A stretch of DNA of 64,000 nucleotides. Source: Candidatus Cloacimonadales bacterium (GTDB taxonomy: Bacteria; Cloacimonadota; Cloacimonadia; Cloacimonadales; JAFGVF01). The stretch lies in contig CAXXOU010000004.1 in the NCBI GenBank assembly GCA_963677495.2, positions 320,001 through 384,000 of the forward strand. The letters run 5' to 3'. The notes beneath the pieces were generated by a model. It worked only from the letters and a program-made list of their open reading frames with translations, did not search any database and had not been told where the DNA came from. Position 1 is the first letter of the stretch; every line of letters starts with the position of its first letter. Made by a program: the position numbers and the translations under genes. This document shows, piece after piece, positions 1-11,595 of this stretch.

Positions 1-1
1 G

Positions 2-2314
2 ATGGAAAAAGCTCTTAATCAAAGTGAAGAGAAGTATAAACGACTGACAGAAAATGCTAAAGATATGATTTATAGAATGTCTATTCCTGAAGGTCGATAT
101 GAATATGTAAATAAGTCTGCTTTAGAAATCTTCGGAGTTAGTCATCAGGTTTTCTATAATAATCCTCTCACTATTAAAGACTTGATTCATCCTGATTGGA
201 GAGACTACCTCAAAGAGAGATGGAATGATATAATTAATGGAGTTTTAACTCCAACATATGAATATCAAATCATTACACCTCAGGGTAAAACTAAGTGGAT
301 ATATCAGAGAAATGTTTATGTGAATGATGATAGTGGAAAGCTGATTGCAATAGAAGGAATTGTCACTGACATAACAGAAATTAAAAAAATCCAAGAAGAG
401 CTACAAAGAAATCAAGATAGATATAATAAGGCTCAGGCATTAGGTAAAGTCGGTAACTGGGAATACAACCTTCAAGAAGAATCATTTTGGGCATCTGCTG
501 AGTCCAAGAAGATATATGGGTTTTCAAGGGATTTTGAAAACTTTACAACTGAAGAAGTTGAAAACTGTATACCGGACAGAGTAAACGTGCATCAGGCTCT
601 GGTTGACTTGATTGAACACAACAAACCATATGATCTTCAGTTTGAAATCATTACTAATGACAATGGTGTTAGCAAGATTATTCATTCGACTGCGGTTTTG
701 GAGAAAGACCAGAAGGGAAATCCACTTAGAGTAACCGGGCTGATACAAGATGTAACTGAACAGTACTATTCCGACCAAGCGAAACAAGCTTTACATAGAA
801 GATTGCAGTTAGCAACAAAATCTGCTGGATTAGGGGTCTGGGATTATGATATCTTAAACGATAAGCTATCATGGGATGATAGAGTAAAAGAGATCTATGA
901 TGTTGATGATACTTTTACATATGATTTTGAGGGATGGAGCAAGTACATTCATGAGGAAGATGTAGCACATGTAGCTACAGATTATTATAAAGCTATTTCC
1001 GGAAACTCGGAATTCTCATCAGAATGGAGAATCGTCAAAGATTCTGGAGAGATAAGATACGTAGAGGGGAGAGGAGTAGTGATTCGTAATGATAATAATG
1101 ATCCCGTAAGTATGGCAGGTGTAATTATTGATATTACAGAAAGATATAATGCAGTTCAAGAACAGATTAATTTAAATCAAAGGCTGACTCTGGCTACTGA
1201 ATCAGCGGAGATTGGAATCTGGGATTATGATATTGTAAACGATAATCTTAACTGGGATGATAAAGTATACAGTTTTTATGGATTATCAAAAGATATGAAA
1301 ATTAACTTCAACTCTTGGAGTAATATATTGCATCCTGAAGACTATGATGAAGTTGTTGCCCGATACTCTTTAGCACTTAGTGGTGAGAAGGATTTCGACG
1401 TTGTTTGGAGAATCATTACCCCTGATAATCAAGTAAAGTACATAGAAGGACATGGTATTGTAAGTCGAAACCAAGAAGGAATACCAATAAGAATGATTGG
1501 TGTTAACATTGATATTACATCTAGAGTTGAAAACGAAAAAGAAATTCAACAATATAGACATCACTTAGAGGAGATTGTCGAAGATAGAACTAGAGAACTA
1601 AGAGAAGCCAATCAGGAAATGGAGAGCTTCTCATACTCTATTTCCCATGACTTAAGAGCACCTCTTAGATCAATAAGTGGATTTGCTAGTATCCTTCAAG
1701 AGGAATATTATAACACATTTGATGATGAAGGAAAGAGACTGTTAAACAATATTATAGAGAGCTCTATATCAATGAACACATTGATTACTGAGATTTTAAA
1801 TCTTTCAAGAATTAGTCGTAAAGAGCTGATAAAAAGAGAAGTTGATATGGAGAAAATCATTAGGGCATGCTATGAATCAGTTATAAATGAAAAGGATAAA
1901 AAGCAATTCTCTCTCATTATAAATAAACTGGATAAAACATTTTGTGACCCAAGTGCTTTGAAAATAGTTTGGACAAATCTTCTTGGTAATGCTGTAAAAT
2001 ATAGTCATAAATCACCTGTGAAGAAGATTGAAATTAGTTCGATCAAAGAGGAAGGATTCGTTAGATATAGTATTAAAGACTGGGGTGTTGGATTTAATCA
2101 AGAATATTCCAATAAGCTTTTCGGTGTTTTCCAAAGATTACATAGTATCAAGGATTTCCCAGGAACAGGTATTGGCCTCGCAATAGTAAAACGTATAGTA
2201 AACAAACACTTGGGTGAAGTTTCAGCATCCAGTGAAGAAGGTAAAGGAGCTATATTTAGTTTTACATTGCCAATTTATGAAACTGATTCAGATACGAATA
2301 ATGATAAACTATAA
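2..2314 (+). CDS. Multi-PAS/PAC sensor histidine kinase (probably 5'-truncated by the window edge)
   Basis: Four PAS/PAC repeats ending in DITE/DVTE/DITS; HisKA H-box FSYSISHDLRAPL; HATPase N, G1, F and G2 boxes (NLLGNAVKY, DWGVGF, LFGVFQRLH, GTGIGL). The N-terminus reads like an inter-PAS linker. Confidence 0.93.
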   Translation: MEKALNQSEEKYKRLTENAKDMIYRMSIPEGRYEYVNKSALEIFGVSHQVFYNNPLTIKDLIHPDWRDYLKERWNDIINGVLTPTYEYQIITPQGKTKWIYQRNVYVNDDSGKLIAIEGIVTDITEIKKIQEELQRNQDRYNKAQALGKVGNWEYNLQEESFWASAESKKIYGFSRDFENFTTEEVENCIPDRVNVHQALVDLIEHNKPYDLQFEIITNDNGVSKIIHSTAVLEKDQKGNPLRVTGLIQDVTEQYYSDQAKQALHRRLQLATKSAGLGVWDYDILNDKLSWDDRVKEIYDVDDTFTYDFEGWSKYIHEEDVAHVATDYYKAISGNSEFSSEWRIVKDSGEIRYVEGRGVVIRNDNNDPVSMAGVIIDITERYNAVQEQINLNQRLTLATESAEIGIWDYDIVNDNLNWDDKVYSFYGLSKDMKINFNSWSNILHPEDYDEVVARYSLALSGEKDFDVVWRIITPDNQVKYIEGHGIVSRNQEGIPIRMIGVNIDITSRVENEKEIQQYRHHLEEIVEDRTRELREANQEMESFSYSISHDLRAPLRSISGFASILQEEYYNTFDDEGKRLLNNIIESSISMNTLITEILNLSRISRKELIKREVDMEKIIRACYESVINEKDKKQFSLIINKLDKTFCDPSALKIVWTNLLGNAVKYSHKSPVKKIEISSIKEEGFVRYSIKDWGVGFNQEYSNKLFGVFQRLHSIKDFPGTGIGLAIVKRIVNKHLGEVSASSEEGKGAIFSFTLPIYETDSDTNNDKL

Positions 2315-2391
2315 TCAAACTATCTTTTTTACCTTGACTCATATAATTGCGAAGAAATAGTACACAAAAAATATAACCTATTGGAGGCAGT

Positions 2392-4379
<1,988 letters not shown>

Positions 4380-4398
4380 AATATTTTATAATTGATTT

Positions 4399-4422
4399 AG
4401 CCTGCTATTTAGCAGGCTTTTT
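4399..4422 (+). terminator. Intrinsic terminator after fba-gap
   Basis: AGCCTGCTA-tt-TAGCAGGCT followed by a T run. Confidence 0.8.
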
Positions 4423-4442
4423 CAATATCTACACTACAGATA

Positions 4443-4493
4443 TTAAGTAATACTTAAAAAGATATTGACTACTTCTTTCTCGTAGGGTATAGC
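4443..4493 (+). promoter_or_regulatory. Candidate sigma70 promoter and upstream palindrome for the AraC gene
   Basis: TTGACT (4465)-17 bp-TATAGC (4488); palindrome TTAAGTA-A-TACTTAA at 4443-4457. Confidence 0.45.
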
Positions 4494-4521
4494 AAATATT
4501 ATCAAAACATGAGGACAGTAG

Positions 4522-5388
4522 ATGGAAACTTGGAAATGTTTGCAGAAAGCACTTGATTATATTGAAGAGCATTTAGAAGAGAAGCTTACTTTAGAGGATG
4601 TTGCAGACGTGGCAAACTATTCACCCTGGCATTTTCACAGACTATTTAAAGCGTATGTGGGGAAAGGAGTTGGTGAATACATAAGATTACGTAAACTATC
4701 TAAAGCAAGTGCAGAGTTAGTATTTACGACAAGGCCAATCGTGGATATTGCTTCTAAATATACTTTTGAATCCCAAGCAGCTTTCACGCGTGCATATCAA
4801 AGCTGTTTCGGTGTTACTCCCGGGAAAGTACGCCGAAAGTTAAAGACTGTCCATAGCTTCTTGCCTGTTAGGTTAGAGCATACGAAAACAATCAGAAAAG
4901 GAGAACAACTGATGAAAACAAGAATCACTGAAAGAGATGAGTTCACAGTAGTCGGAATGGATTGTTTCTGTTCCCAGAATAATAATACTATACCTCAATT
5001 ATGGGAGAAGTTCAACAAATATATGAACGTAATCCCAAACATGAAAGAGTGCAAAGCAGCTCTTGGCATCTGTGTAAGTGATGTTGAACATGTAACACCC
5101 GACACAGAATTCAGATACATTGCATCAATGGAAGTTGAGAAGGTAGATGAGTTACCGGAAGGTATGGTTGCTTACACTGTTCCAGGGGGTACATATCTGG
5201 TTCTTGAACATGTCGGAGCTCTTGATACACTTCCACAATCTTATGATTATGCATACAAAACCTGGTTCTCTGAGAATGAGGAGTATGGTCCTACCGGATT
5301 CCATGACTTCGAAGTCTACGATGAAAGGTTTAAGTTTGGTCAAGAAGACTCAATAATGGAGATCTGGATACCGATAAAGAAGAAATAA
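4522..5388 (+). CDS. AraC-family regulator with C-terminal GyrI-like small-molecule binding domain (Rob-like architecture)
   Basis: N-terminal AraC HTH (YSPWHFHRLFK, FESQAAFTRAY); C-terminal GyrI-like domain (IPQLWEKF, DFEVYDERF, EIWIPI). Confidence 0.92.
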   Translation: METWKCLQKALDYIEEHLEEKLTLEDVADVANYSPWHFHRLFKAYVGKGVGEYIRLRKLSKASAELVFTTRPIVDIASKYTFESQAAFTRAYQSCFGVTPGKVRRKLKTVHSFLPVRLEHTKTIRKGEQLMKTRITERDEFTVVGMDCFCSQNNNTIPQLWEKFNKYMNVIPNMKECKAALGICVSDVEHVTPDTEFRYIASMEVEKVDELPEGMVAYTVPGGTYLVLEHVGALDTLPQSYDYAYKTWFSENEEYGPTGFHDFEVYDERFKFGQEDSIMEIWIPIKKK

Positions 5389-5399
5389 ACAACTATTCG

Positions 5400-5426
5400 A
5401 AGCTCCTCAATCGAGGAGCTTGTTTT
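5400..5426 (+). terminator. Intrinsic terminator after the AraC gene
   Basis: AAGCTCCTC-AATC-GAGGAGCTT then GTTTT. Confidence 0.75.
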
Positions 5427-5445
5427 CTATCACTGCCGTCTTTTT

Positions 5446-5620
5446 AGGGAGTTTGTCACGACCAGCGGGAGAACGGACTTCCTAAAATACCTTACCCTCG
5501 CAAGTCATTATGCAATAAAGCCTCTAAAGAATCGAATACATTCCCGAGCATCCAGTCATTTCAAAGAATTAAGGAAGTCCGCTATTGCTTCACTTGCGTT
5601 CCGCTTTTGGCAAACTCCCT
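5446..5620. repeat. Intergenic long inverted-repeat (REPIN/MITE-like) element
   Basis: AGGGAGTTTGTCA pairs with TGGCAAACTCCCT; inner CGGACTTCCT pairs with AGGAAGTCCG. Confidence 0.6.
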
Positions 5621-5652
5621 TAATTCTTTATGTCTGCTACAAGTCTGGAACG

Positions 5653-5762
5653 TCCTGCATCAAAAGCCTTGAATCTCGCTTGTCCCTCCCTATGAAACCC
5701 TAAAGTTATCCACATCGTGTGCATAACTTTTTGCAGCGTGCAAATAGCTTCTTGAAGCGGGA
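5653..5762 (-). repeat. DnaA-box-pair repeat element, copy 1
   Basis: Reverse complement aligns to 45376-45487 but lacks two 11-bp units; TTATCCACA-TCG-TGTGCATAA at 5706-5726; imperfect terminal inverted repeats. Confidence 0.85.
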
Positions 5763-5897
5763 TAATACAGACGTGAAGTAGATTGGTGATAAAGAGGAAA
5801 ACAAAGATTAATGATTTACAATTCATTTAAAGTATGTTTGTTATCGGTTAATAACAGTAACATACAATTGTCCCATCTTAGTTTCCTCACAAAACAA

Positions 5898-5926
5898 TTG
5901 ACAAAGATAGAGTCTTTGATTGTAAT
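5898..5926 (+). promoter_or_regulatory. Candidate sigma70 promoter for the LPS-related operon
   Basis: TTGACA-17 bp-TGTAAT upstream of AGGAGG RBS and GTG start. Confidence 0.55.
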
Positions 5927-5964
5927 GATATGACTTAAAAAGCAAGTTTTCAGGAGGTATTGCC

Positions 5965-6999
5965 GTGAAGAAATTGCGCTTTGGCCTAATTGGCTGTGGA
6001 CGTATTTCCAAAAATCATTTTGAATCTGTTAAACAAGTTGAGACTGCTGAGTTTGTTGCCTGTTGTGACATTATTGAAACTAGGGCAAAAGAAGCAGCCG
6101 AGACATACAATATAGCAAATTATTACACTGATTACCATGATATGATGAAGAAAGAGAAGCTTGATGCTGTCAGTATTTGTACACCAAGCGGTACTCATCC
6201 TTTTATTGGAGCTGATGTAGCTTCTTACAAAGTACATGTTATCACTGAGAAGCCTATGGCAATTAACATTAGTGATGCTGATCATCTTATCAGAGCATGT
6301 GATAAGTACAATGTACAGCTTTTTGTTGTTAAGCAAAACAGACTTAATACTACAATGCAGTTACTTAAGAGAGCGATTGAGAAGAATCGTTTCGGTCGTA
6401 TTTTCATGGTTCAATCAAATGTATTCTGGCAAAGACCACAAAACTACTATGACTCAGCTAAATGGCGTGGCACTTGGGAGTTTGATGGCGGAGCTTTCAT
6501 GAATCAGGCAAGTCACTATGTAGATGCATTACACTGGCTAATAGGTAATGTTGAATCAGTTATGGCTGAGACAGGAACTTTAGCTCGTAACATCGAAGCT
6601 GAAGACACCGGTACAGCTATTCTTAAGTTCCGCTCCGGAGTAATTGGAACAATGAATGTGACAATGCTCACTTATCCTAAAAACTTTGAAGGTTCAATCA
6701 CAATCTTAGGTGAAAAGGGAACAGTGAAGATTGGTGGAGTTGCAATCAACCAAGTAGAGAAATGGGAGTTTGCGGAATACGACGATGATGATAAATTAAT
6801 TACTGACAGTAACTACCAACCGCCAAACATTTACGGTTTTGGTCACATCCCATATTATCAGAATGTTGCTGATGTACTCACCGGTAAGGCAGAACCTAAA
6901 ACAGATGGTAGAGAAGGACGTAAGTCTGTTGAGATTATTCAAGCTATCTACAAATCATCAAGAGATAAGGTAAAAGTTAGCCTACCTTTGAACTATTAA
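5965..6999 (+). CDS. Gfo/Idh/MocA oxidoreductase, WlbA/WbpB-like nucleotide-sugar 3-dehydrogenase
   Basis: GLIGCGRIS Rossmann motif, ICTPSGTH, EKPMA, VKQNR, WRGTWEFDGGAFMNQASH. Confidence 0.85.
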   Translation: MKKLRFGLIGCGRISKNHFESVKQVETAEFVACCDIIETRAKEAAETYNIANYYTDYHDMMKKEKLDAVSICTPSGTHPFIGADVASYKVHVITEKPMAINISDADHLIRACDKYNVQLFVVKQNRLNTTMQLLKRAIEKNRFGRIFMVQSNVFWQRPQNYYDSAKWRGTWEFDGGAFMNQASHYVDALHWLIGNVESVMAETGTLARNIEAEDTGTAILKFRSGVIGTMNVTMLTYPKNFEGSITILGEKGTVKIGGVAINQVEKWEFAEYDDDDKLITDSNYQPPNIYGFGHIPYYQNVADVLTGKAEPKTDGREGRKSVEIIQAIYKSSRDKVKVSLPLNY

Positions 7000-7002
7000 T
7001 AT

Positions 7003-8049
7003 ATGAAAAAAATTATTACTGTTATTGGGGCCAGACCACAATTTGTTAAGTCAGGCCCTTTATCAAATGAACTAAGAAAACAGTTCCAAGAAGTTATTGT
7101 CCATTCAGGGCAGCATTATGATGCGAATCTGTCTGAGATTATTCTAAGAGATATTGGCTCACCAAAACCAGATTACTTTCTTAAGACTGAAGGCTCAACT
7201 CATGCAACACAAACTGCTTCAATTTTACGTAGTACAGAGAAAGTTTTCATTGATGAAAAGCCGGATGCAGTGATTGTTTTCGGTGATACAAATACAACAT
7301 TAGCAGCTACTATCGCAGCAGCAAAGCTGGGAATAAAAATTGTTCATGTGGAAGCAGGACTAAGAAGTTTTAACCGAGAAATGCCGGAAGAGATAAATAG
7401 AATTGCAACAGATAGTTTATCTGATATCCTCTTTGCTCCGACTGAAGTAGCATTGCAGCACCTGAAGAATGAAGGATTAGAAGCTAAATCATTCATGACT
7501 GGTGATATCATGGTTGATAGTGTAAAAACTGTGAGTTCTACGATTGATGAAACTATTCTAGCGGAGTGGAAACTTCAGAATGATAACTACTATCTTCTCA
7601 CAATGCATAGACCCTACAATGTAGACAATAAAGAGAACCTTTTAAGAATACTTAATGACTTAGCTCAGCTTGATGCTGAGGTTGTATTCCCAGCACATCC
7701 GAGAACCTTGAAAGTTTTAGGTGATACAATTTTACCTGAATCGATTAAAGTGATTGAACCACAGGGATATGTAAAGTTTACAGGTTTACAGAAGTATGCG
7801 AAGAAGATAGTTACAGATTCCGGAGGAGTTCAGAAAGAAGCATACATCCACGAAAAACCATGCATAACTTTGAGAACTGAGACAGAATGGGTTGAGACTG
7901 TTGAAGCTGGTTGGAACCTTTTGTTACCTCCGGTTGAAAGTGATTTAGCAACGAAGATTCAAACATTTACTCCTCCTAAGAGTCATCCGGACTTGTATGG
8001 ATCCAATATTGCTAAACGAATGGTAAAGATTCTAGCTGAGAATATATAA
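7003..8049 (+). CDS. wecB: Non-hydrolysing UDP-N-acetylglucosamine 2-epimerase (WecB/WbpI type)
   Basis: GARPQFVK, HSGQHYD, GDTNTTLA, HVEAGLRSF, MPEEINR, TDSGGVQKEA. Confidence 0.92.
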   Translation: MKKIITVIGARPQFVKSGPLSNELRKQFQEVIVHSGQHYDANLSEIILRDIGSPKPDYFLKTEGSTHATQTASILRSTEKVFIDEKPDAVIVFGDTNTTLAATIAAAKLGIKIVHVEAGLRSFNREMPEEINRIATDSLSDILFAPTEVALQHLKNEGLEAKSFMTGDIMVDSVKTVSSTIDETILAEWKLQNDNYYLLTMHRPYNVDNKENLLRILNDLAQLDAEVVFPAHPRTLKVLGDTILPESIKVIEPQGYVKFTGLQKYAKKIVTDSGGVQKEAYIHEKPCITLRTETEWVETVEAGWNLLLPPVESDLATKIQTFTPPKSHPDLYGSNIAKRMVKILAENI

Positions 8050-9281
8050 TGCTATTTACTACTGTCATTTTTTGTACTATTAATCTTATTATAGATTTTG
8101 TTTTCATAAGTATTTTCCCGATACTTTCTCTACTCTTACAGAAACCTATTAGCATTGAAAGGCTTGCATTAAATCCCCCTGTGATGAAGAAACCAATCTG
8201 GATTCATGCAGCATCAGTCGGAGAGGTTAATGCAGTTGTACCATTGCTTAAGGAACTGATAAAGACAGGGAAAGATATACTTGTAACAACAACTAGCATA
8301 ACAGGATGGCAGCGAGTTAAAGATTTAGGATTAGAAGTTGATGTACATCTTCTTCCTATCGATGTACGCTTAGTAATTTCTTCATTTGTGAAACGTGTGA
8401 ACCCATCAATGCTTTTGATAGTAGAAACAGAAATATGGCCTAATCTGCTCTATTGTGCCGTAAAAAGAAAGGTTCCTATTGGTTGGATTAATGCAAGAAT
8501 ATCAAAGAGTACAGTGGTTGGATTTAAATTTTTCTCTTGGGTTTTCAAACCAATCTTCAGTAAAGTAGCATTCGTTAATGCACAAACTGGTGTCGATACT
8601 CATAGATTTCGAAAAGTAGGCTTTAAGAAAGTAGTTCAGGCTGGGAATTTGAAGTTTTGCTTATCTCTACCGATGATAAACAAACAGCGTTTGAAGAATA
8701 GGTTTGGGATAATGGACAACGATTTTGTAATAGTTTGGGGTAGCTCCCGACCAGGAGAAGAGGAGATTTTTGTAGATATAATCCCTCAACTGAATGAGGT
8801 AATCCCAAATTTGAAGACAGCTATTGTTCCAAGACATTTAAATAGAATGGAAGATGTTTGTAAAGCTATGGGTCCAATACCATTTACTCTCTTTTCTAAA
8901 GATAAAGTGTCTTGTTATAAACATATAGCAGTAGATAAGATGGGGGTTCTCAACAGTTTATACAGTGTTTGCAATATAGCTATAGTTGGTGGGAGTTTCA
9001 CTGATTTTGGAGGACATAATCCCTTAGAACCCGCCTTTTATTGCAAACCAATTATCATTGGACCATACCATTATTCTTGTAGAGGTTCTGTGAAAGCTTT
9101 AAAAAAGAAGAAAGGGATTGTTATATCCAACAAAGAAAAACTTTTAGAAGATATTATAGATCTGTACAATAATGAAGAAAAAAGAGTTTTACTTGGAGAA
9201 AATGCTAAGAAAACGATTTCCGAAAACTCACAGGCACTTGAGTTCTCTGTAAATGCAGTTAAGAGCTTACTTGTATTATAA
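8049..9281 (+). CDS. waaA: 3-deoxy-D-manno-octulosonic acid (Kdo) transferase
   Basis: IWIHAASVGEV, ETEIWPN, GNLKF, VPRH, VGGSF..GGHNPLEPA. Confidence 0.93.
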   Translation: MLFTTVIFCTINLIIDFVFISIFPILSLLLQKPISIERLALNPPVMKKPIWIHAASVGEVNAVVPLLKELIKTGKDILVTTTSITGWQRVKDLGLEVDVHLLPIDVRLVISSFVKRVNPSMLLIVETEIWPNLLYCAVKRKVPIGWINARISKSTVVGFKFFSWVFKPIFSKVAFVNAQTGVDTHRFRKVGFKKVVQAGNLKFCLSLPMINKQRLKNRFGIMDNDFVIVWGSSRPGEEEIFVDIIPQLNEVIPNLKTAIVPRHLNRMEDVCKAMGPIPFTLFSKDKVSCYKHIAVDKMGVLNSLYSVCNIAIVGGSFTDFGGHNPLEPAFYCKPIIIGPYHYSCRGSVKALKKKKGIVISNKEKLLEDIIDLYNNEEKRVLLGENAKKTISENSQALEFSVNAVKSLLVL

Positions 9282-10264
9282 TGCGTAAAGCATGTTTTAA
9301 TGATCAAATTAGTGATAAAATAGTAAGATGTAGGTTATGTCCAAACTTCTGTATTATCAAGGCAGGAGAGCAATCACCTTGTTTGAGTAGAACCAACATA
9401 GATGGTGAGCTATATGCTACTAGTTATGCAAAGACTTGTTCATTATCCATTGATCCGATAGAGAAAAAACCTTTATATCACTTCTTCCCAAACACTGAGA
9501 TATTATCGATAGGATCCAACTCATGCAATTTGCATTGCAAGTTCTGTCAGAATTTCTCAATAAGTCAACAAAGGGCTGAAACTGTAGATATTTCAGCATC
9601 TAAACTCCTTGAAATATGTAATGATAAAGGAATAAAATCAATTGCTTTCACATATTCAGAACCATTAACCTGGTATGAGTTTATCATTGATACAGCCCCT
9701 AAACTGAAAGAGGCTGGTATAAAAACAGTACTTGTTTCGAATGGATTTATAAATCAACCTCCACTATTAAAGCTATTACCATTTATTGATGCAATGAACA
9801 TAGATTTGAAAAGCTTTAGCTCTGAGTTTTATCGAAATATTTGTGGAGGGAGACTCCAACCTGTACTAGAGACTTTAAAAACAGTGTATAATCACACTCA
9901 CCTGGAGATAACTTACTTGCTTATTCCTGACCTAAATGATAATCTTGAGGAGTTCGATGAAATGATTGAATTCATCATGGCTATCGATAGATCTATTCCT
10001 TTGCATATATCTGCATACTATCCTGCATATAAATTAACAAATCGAAATACTACTGCAGAAGAGATTCTTCGATTTAAAGATAGAGCATTGAAGAAACTGG
10101 ATTTTGTTTATGCGGGAAATATCGGTTACGGGGCAGATACAATTTGTCCTGGTTGCGGGGAAGTTCTGATAAGAAGAAAAGGTTTTACTACAAGAGTACT
10201 CAATCTAGCTTCAGGAAACTGTAGGAATTGTAATTACAGACTTTATGGGAGTCTTGATGCTTAA
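9281..10264 (+). CDS. amrS: AmmeMemoRadiSam-system radical SAM enzyme (PflA-like)
   Basis: N-terminal CRLCP..C, DPIEKKPLYHF, CNLHCKFCQN (CX3CX2C), AFTYSEP, C-terminal CPGC...CRNC. Confidence 0.88.
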   Translation: MRKACFNDQISDKIVRCRLCPNFCIIKAGEQSPCLSRTNIDGELYATSYAKTCSLSIDPIEKKPLYHFFPNTEILSIGSNSCNLHCKFCQNFSISQQRAETVDISASKLLEICNDKGIKSIAFTYSEPLTWYEFIIDTAPKLKEAGIKTVLVSNGFINQPPLLKLLPFIDAMNIDLKSFSSEFYRNICGGRLQPVLETLKTVYNHTHLEITYLLIPDLNDNLEEFDEMIEFIMAIDRSIPLHISAYYPAYKLTNRNTTAEEILRFKDRALKKLDFVYAGNIGYGADTICPGCGEVLIRRKGFTTRVLNLASGNCRNCNYRLYGSLDA

Positions 10265-10625
10265 AACATTACGTAAAGAACTGACAGTTAGTGATGTTAT
10301 TTTAATTCTTTTAATTTTGATTGCTGCCGTCACAATTTTTGCATACCAGCAAAGAAGTTCATCTTTAAAAATCAGAATTACATATAGAGATCACACATTA
10401 AGAGAGTTTTCCGGAATGGATAAAGCTAACTTTACGCTCCCTGATGGACATGGAGTTATAGAAGTGGACAGGGGAAGGGCAAGGATTCTGAACTCCGATT
10501 GTCATTCACATCTTTGTGAGAAACAGGGATGGAGTTCATCTTTACCAATCGTTTGTGCCCCTAACAAAGTTCTTGTAGAGTTCATACCTGTAAAAGAGAA
10601 GGATGAAATTATTATCCTACATTGA
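10257..10625 (+). CDS. NusG domain II-containing membrane-anchored protein
   Basis: N-terminal TM helix; SDCHSHLCEKQGW and IVCAPNKV motifs; ATG at 10257 overlaps the amrS stop. Confidence 0.75.
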   Translation: MLKTLRKELTVSDVILILLILIAAVTIFAYQQRSSSLKIRITYRDHTLREFSGMDKANFTLPDGHGVIEVDRGRARILNSDCHSHLCEKQGWSSSLPIVCAPNKVLVEFIPVKEKDEIIILH

Positions 10626-10647
10626 AAAAAGGCAACTTCCGTTGCCT
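10625..10647. terminator. Terminator between convergent genes
   Basis: A-run followed by AGGCAAC-TTCC-GTTGCCT. Confidence 0.6.
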
Positions 10648-10669
10648 AAATTATCATTTTCGCTCTTGG

Positions 10670-11083
10670 CTATTCCATAGATGAAAGCAATACTACAACA
10701 AGAGCTGTTCCAAGTAGTCCACCACCAAAAGCTGACCACTTGTTTTTGCTTTTACTCTTCTTATAATATCCCAGAGTGTAACCTTCCTCATCATATTTTT
10801 TAGGAACCTTATTAGGTGATTCTCCATCGGCTGCTATTGTAATAATAGTTGTGCCTAATAATCCTAACAAAAATCCTGAACCGACTCCTCCTAAGAACCA
10901 ACCTCCACTTGAATGCTTCGCCCTAGCAACTTCATATCCCCTTTCAAATGAATCTTCATAACTCTTTGTTTTGGATTTTAAGGGTGCATCGCTTGGTACA
11001 TCAGATTGAATTGTAGCTAATGTCTCTGAAAAACCTAATGAACACATAGACAATATAATGGTGATAACGATAAACACTTTCAT
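10670..11083 (-). CDS. Hypothetical exported/membrane protein with two glycine-rich hydrophobic helices
   Basis: Signal peptide; GGAGG RBS; internally repeated module (FERGY...SSGGWFLGG and YTLGY...KWSAFGGG). Confidence 0.7.
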   Translation of the reverse strand: MKVFIVITIILSMCSLGFSETLATIQSDVPSDAPLKSKTKSYEDSFERGYEVARAKHSSGGWFLGGVGSGFLLGLLGTTIITIAADGESPNKVPKKYDEEGYTLGYYKKSKSKNKWSAFGGGLLGTALVVVLLSSME

Positions 11084-11317
11084 CTGTAACTCCTCCCATA
11101 AATGTTTCGTTTATAAACATTATGAATCAAAATAAGTCAACAAAAAAAGTGAGACTGTTAACTTTCTGTTTGTTGAACATAGACAGTGGTATTTGCTGTA
11201 ATCTACATCATTGAAGTCATTGCGAGCTTGCGAGTTCTATTCCACAGTAATGTACTCTTGCCATTTCAACAATTAATCAAACTTTCATCCGGTTGCTATG
11301 ATTCCAGTTTCTGACAA

Positions 11318-11502
11318 CATACACAGTGCCATTTGCAATAACTTAGCTATATTAATTGCCCTTTATACTCTCTTTAACTGAACTATCTATCAACCCACTG
11401 TGTTTGCACTGTGCACGCACTGTGAAGGCACTGCTAACCCACTGTTTCACTGGGTGCACAGTGCGTGCACAGTGGGAAAACAGTGGGATGACTGCGTTTT
11501 GT
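11318..11502. repeat. CACTG/CAGTG 11-bp-phased repeat element, copy A
   Basis: CACTG at 11396, 11407, 11418, 11429 and 11440; then 11448 and CAGTG at 11459, 11470 and 11481; closely similar copy at 39440-39624. Confidence 0.88.
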
Positions 11503-11595
11503 TGATGAGTTTAGTCTTGATGAGCAGAGACTTAGTGGAAATATCTCCTTGACCAGATGATTAGTCATACAGAAGATTCATATGGGAGGAATCTT

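Noticed and set aside
11396..11485. Phased repeats as a possible CRISPR array (also 18556-18638 and 32998-33148)
   Set aside because: Units are 5-14 bp with short spacers and inverted halves; there are no 23-47 bp direct repeats with unique spacers and no cas genes.
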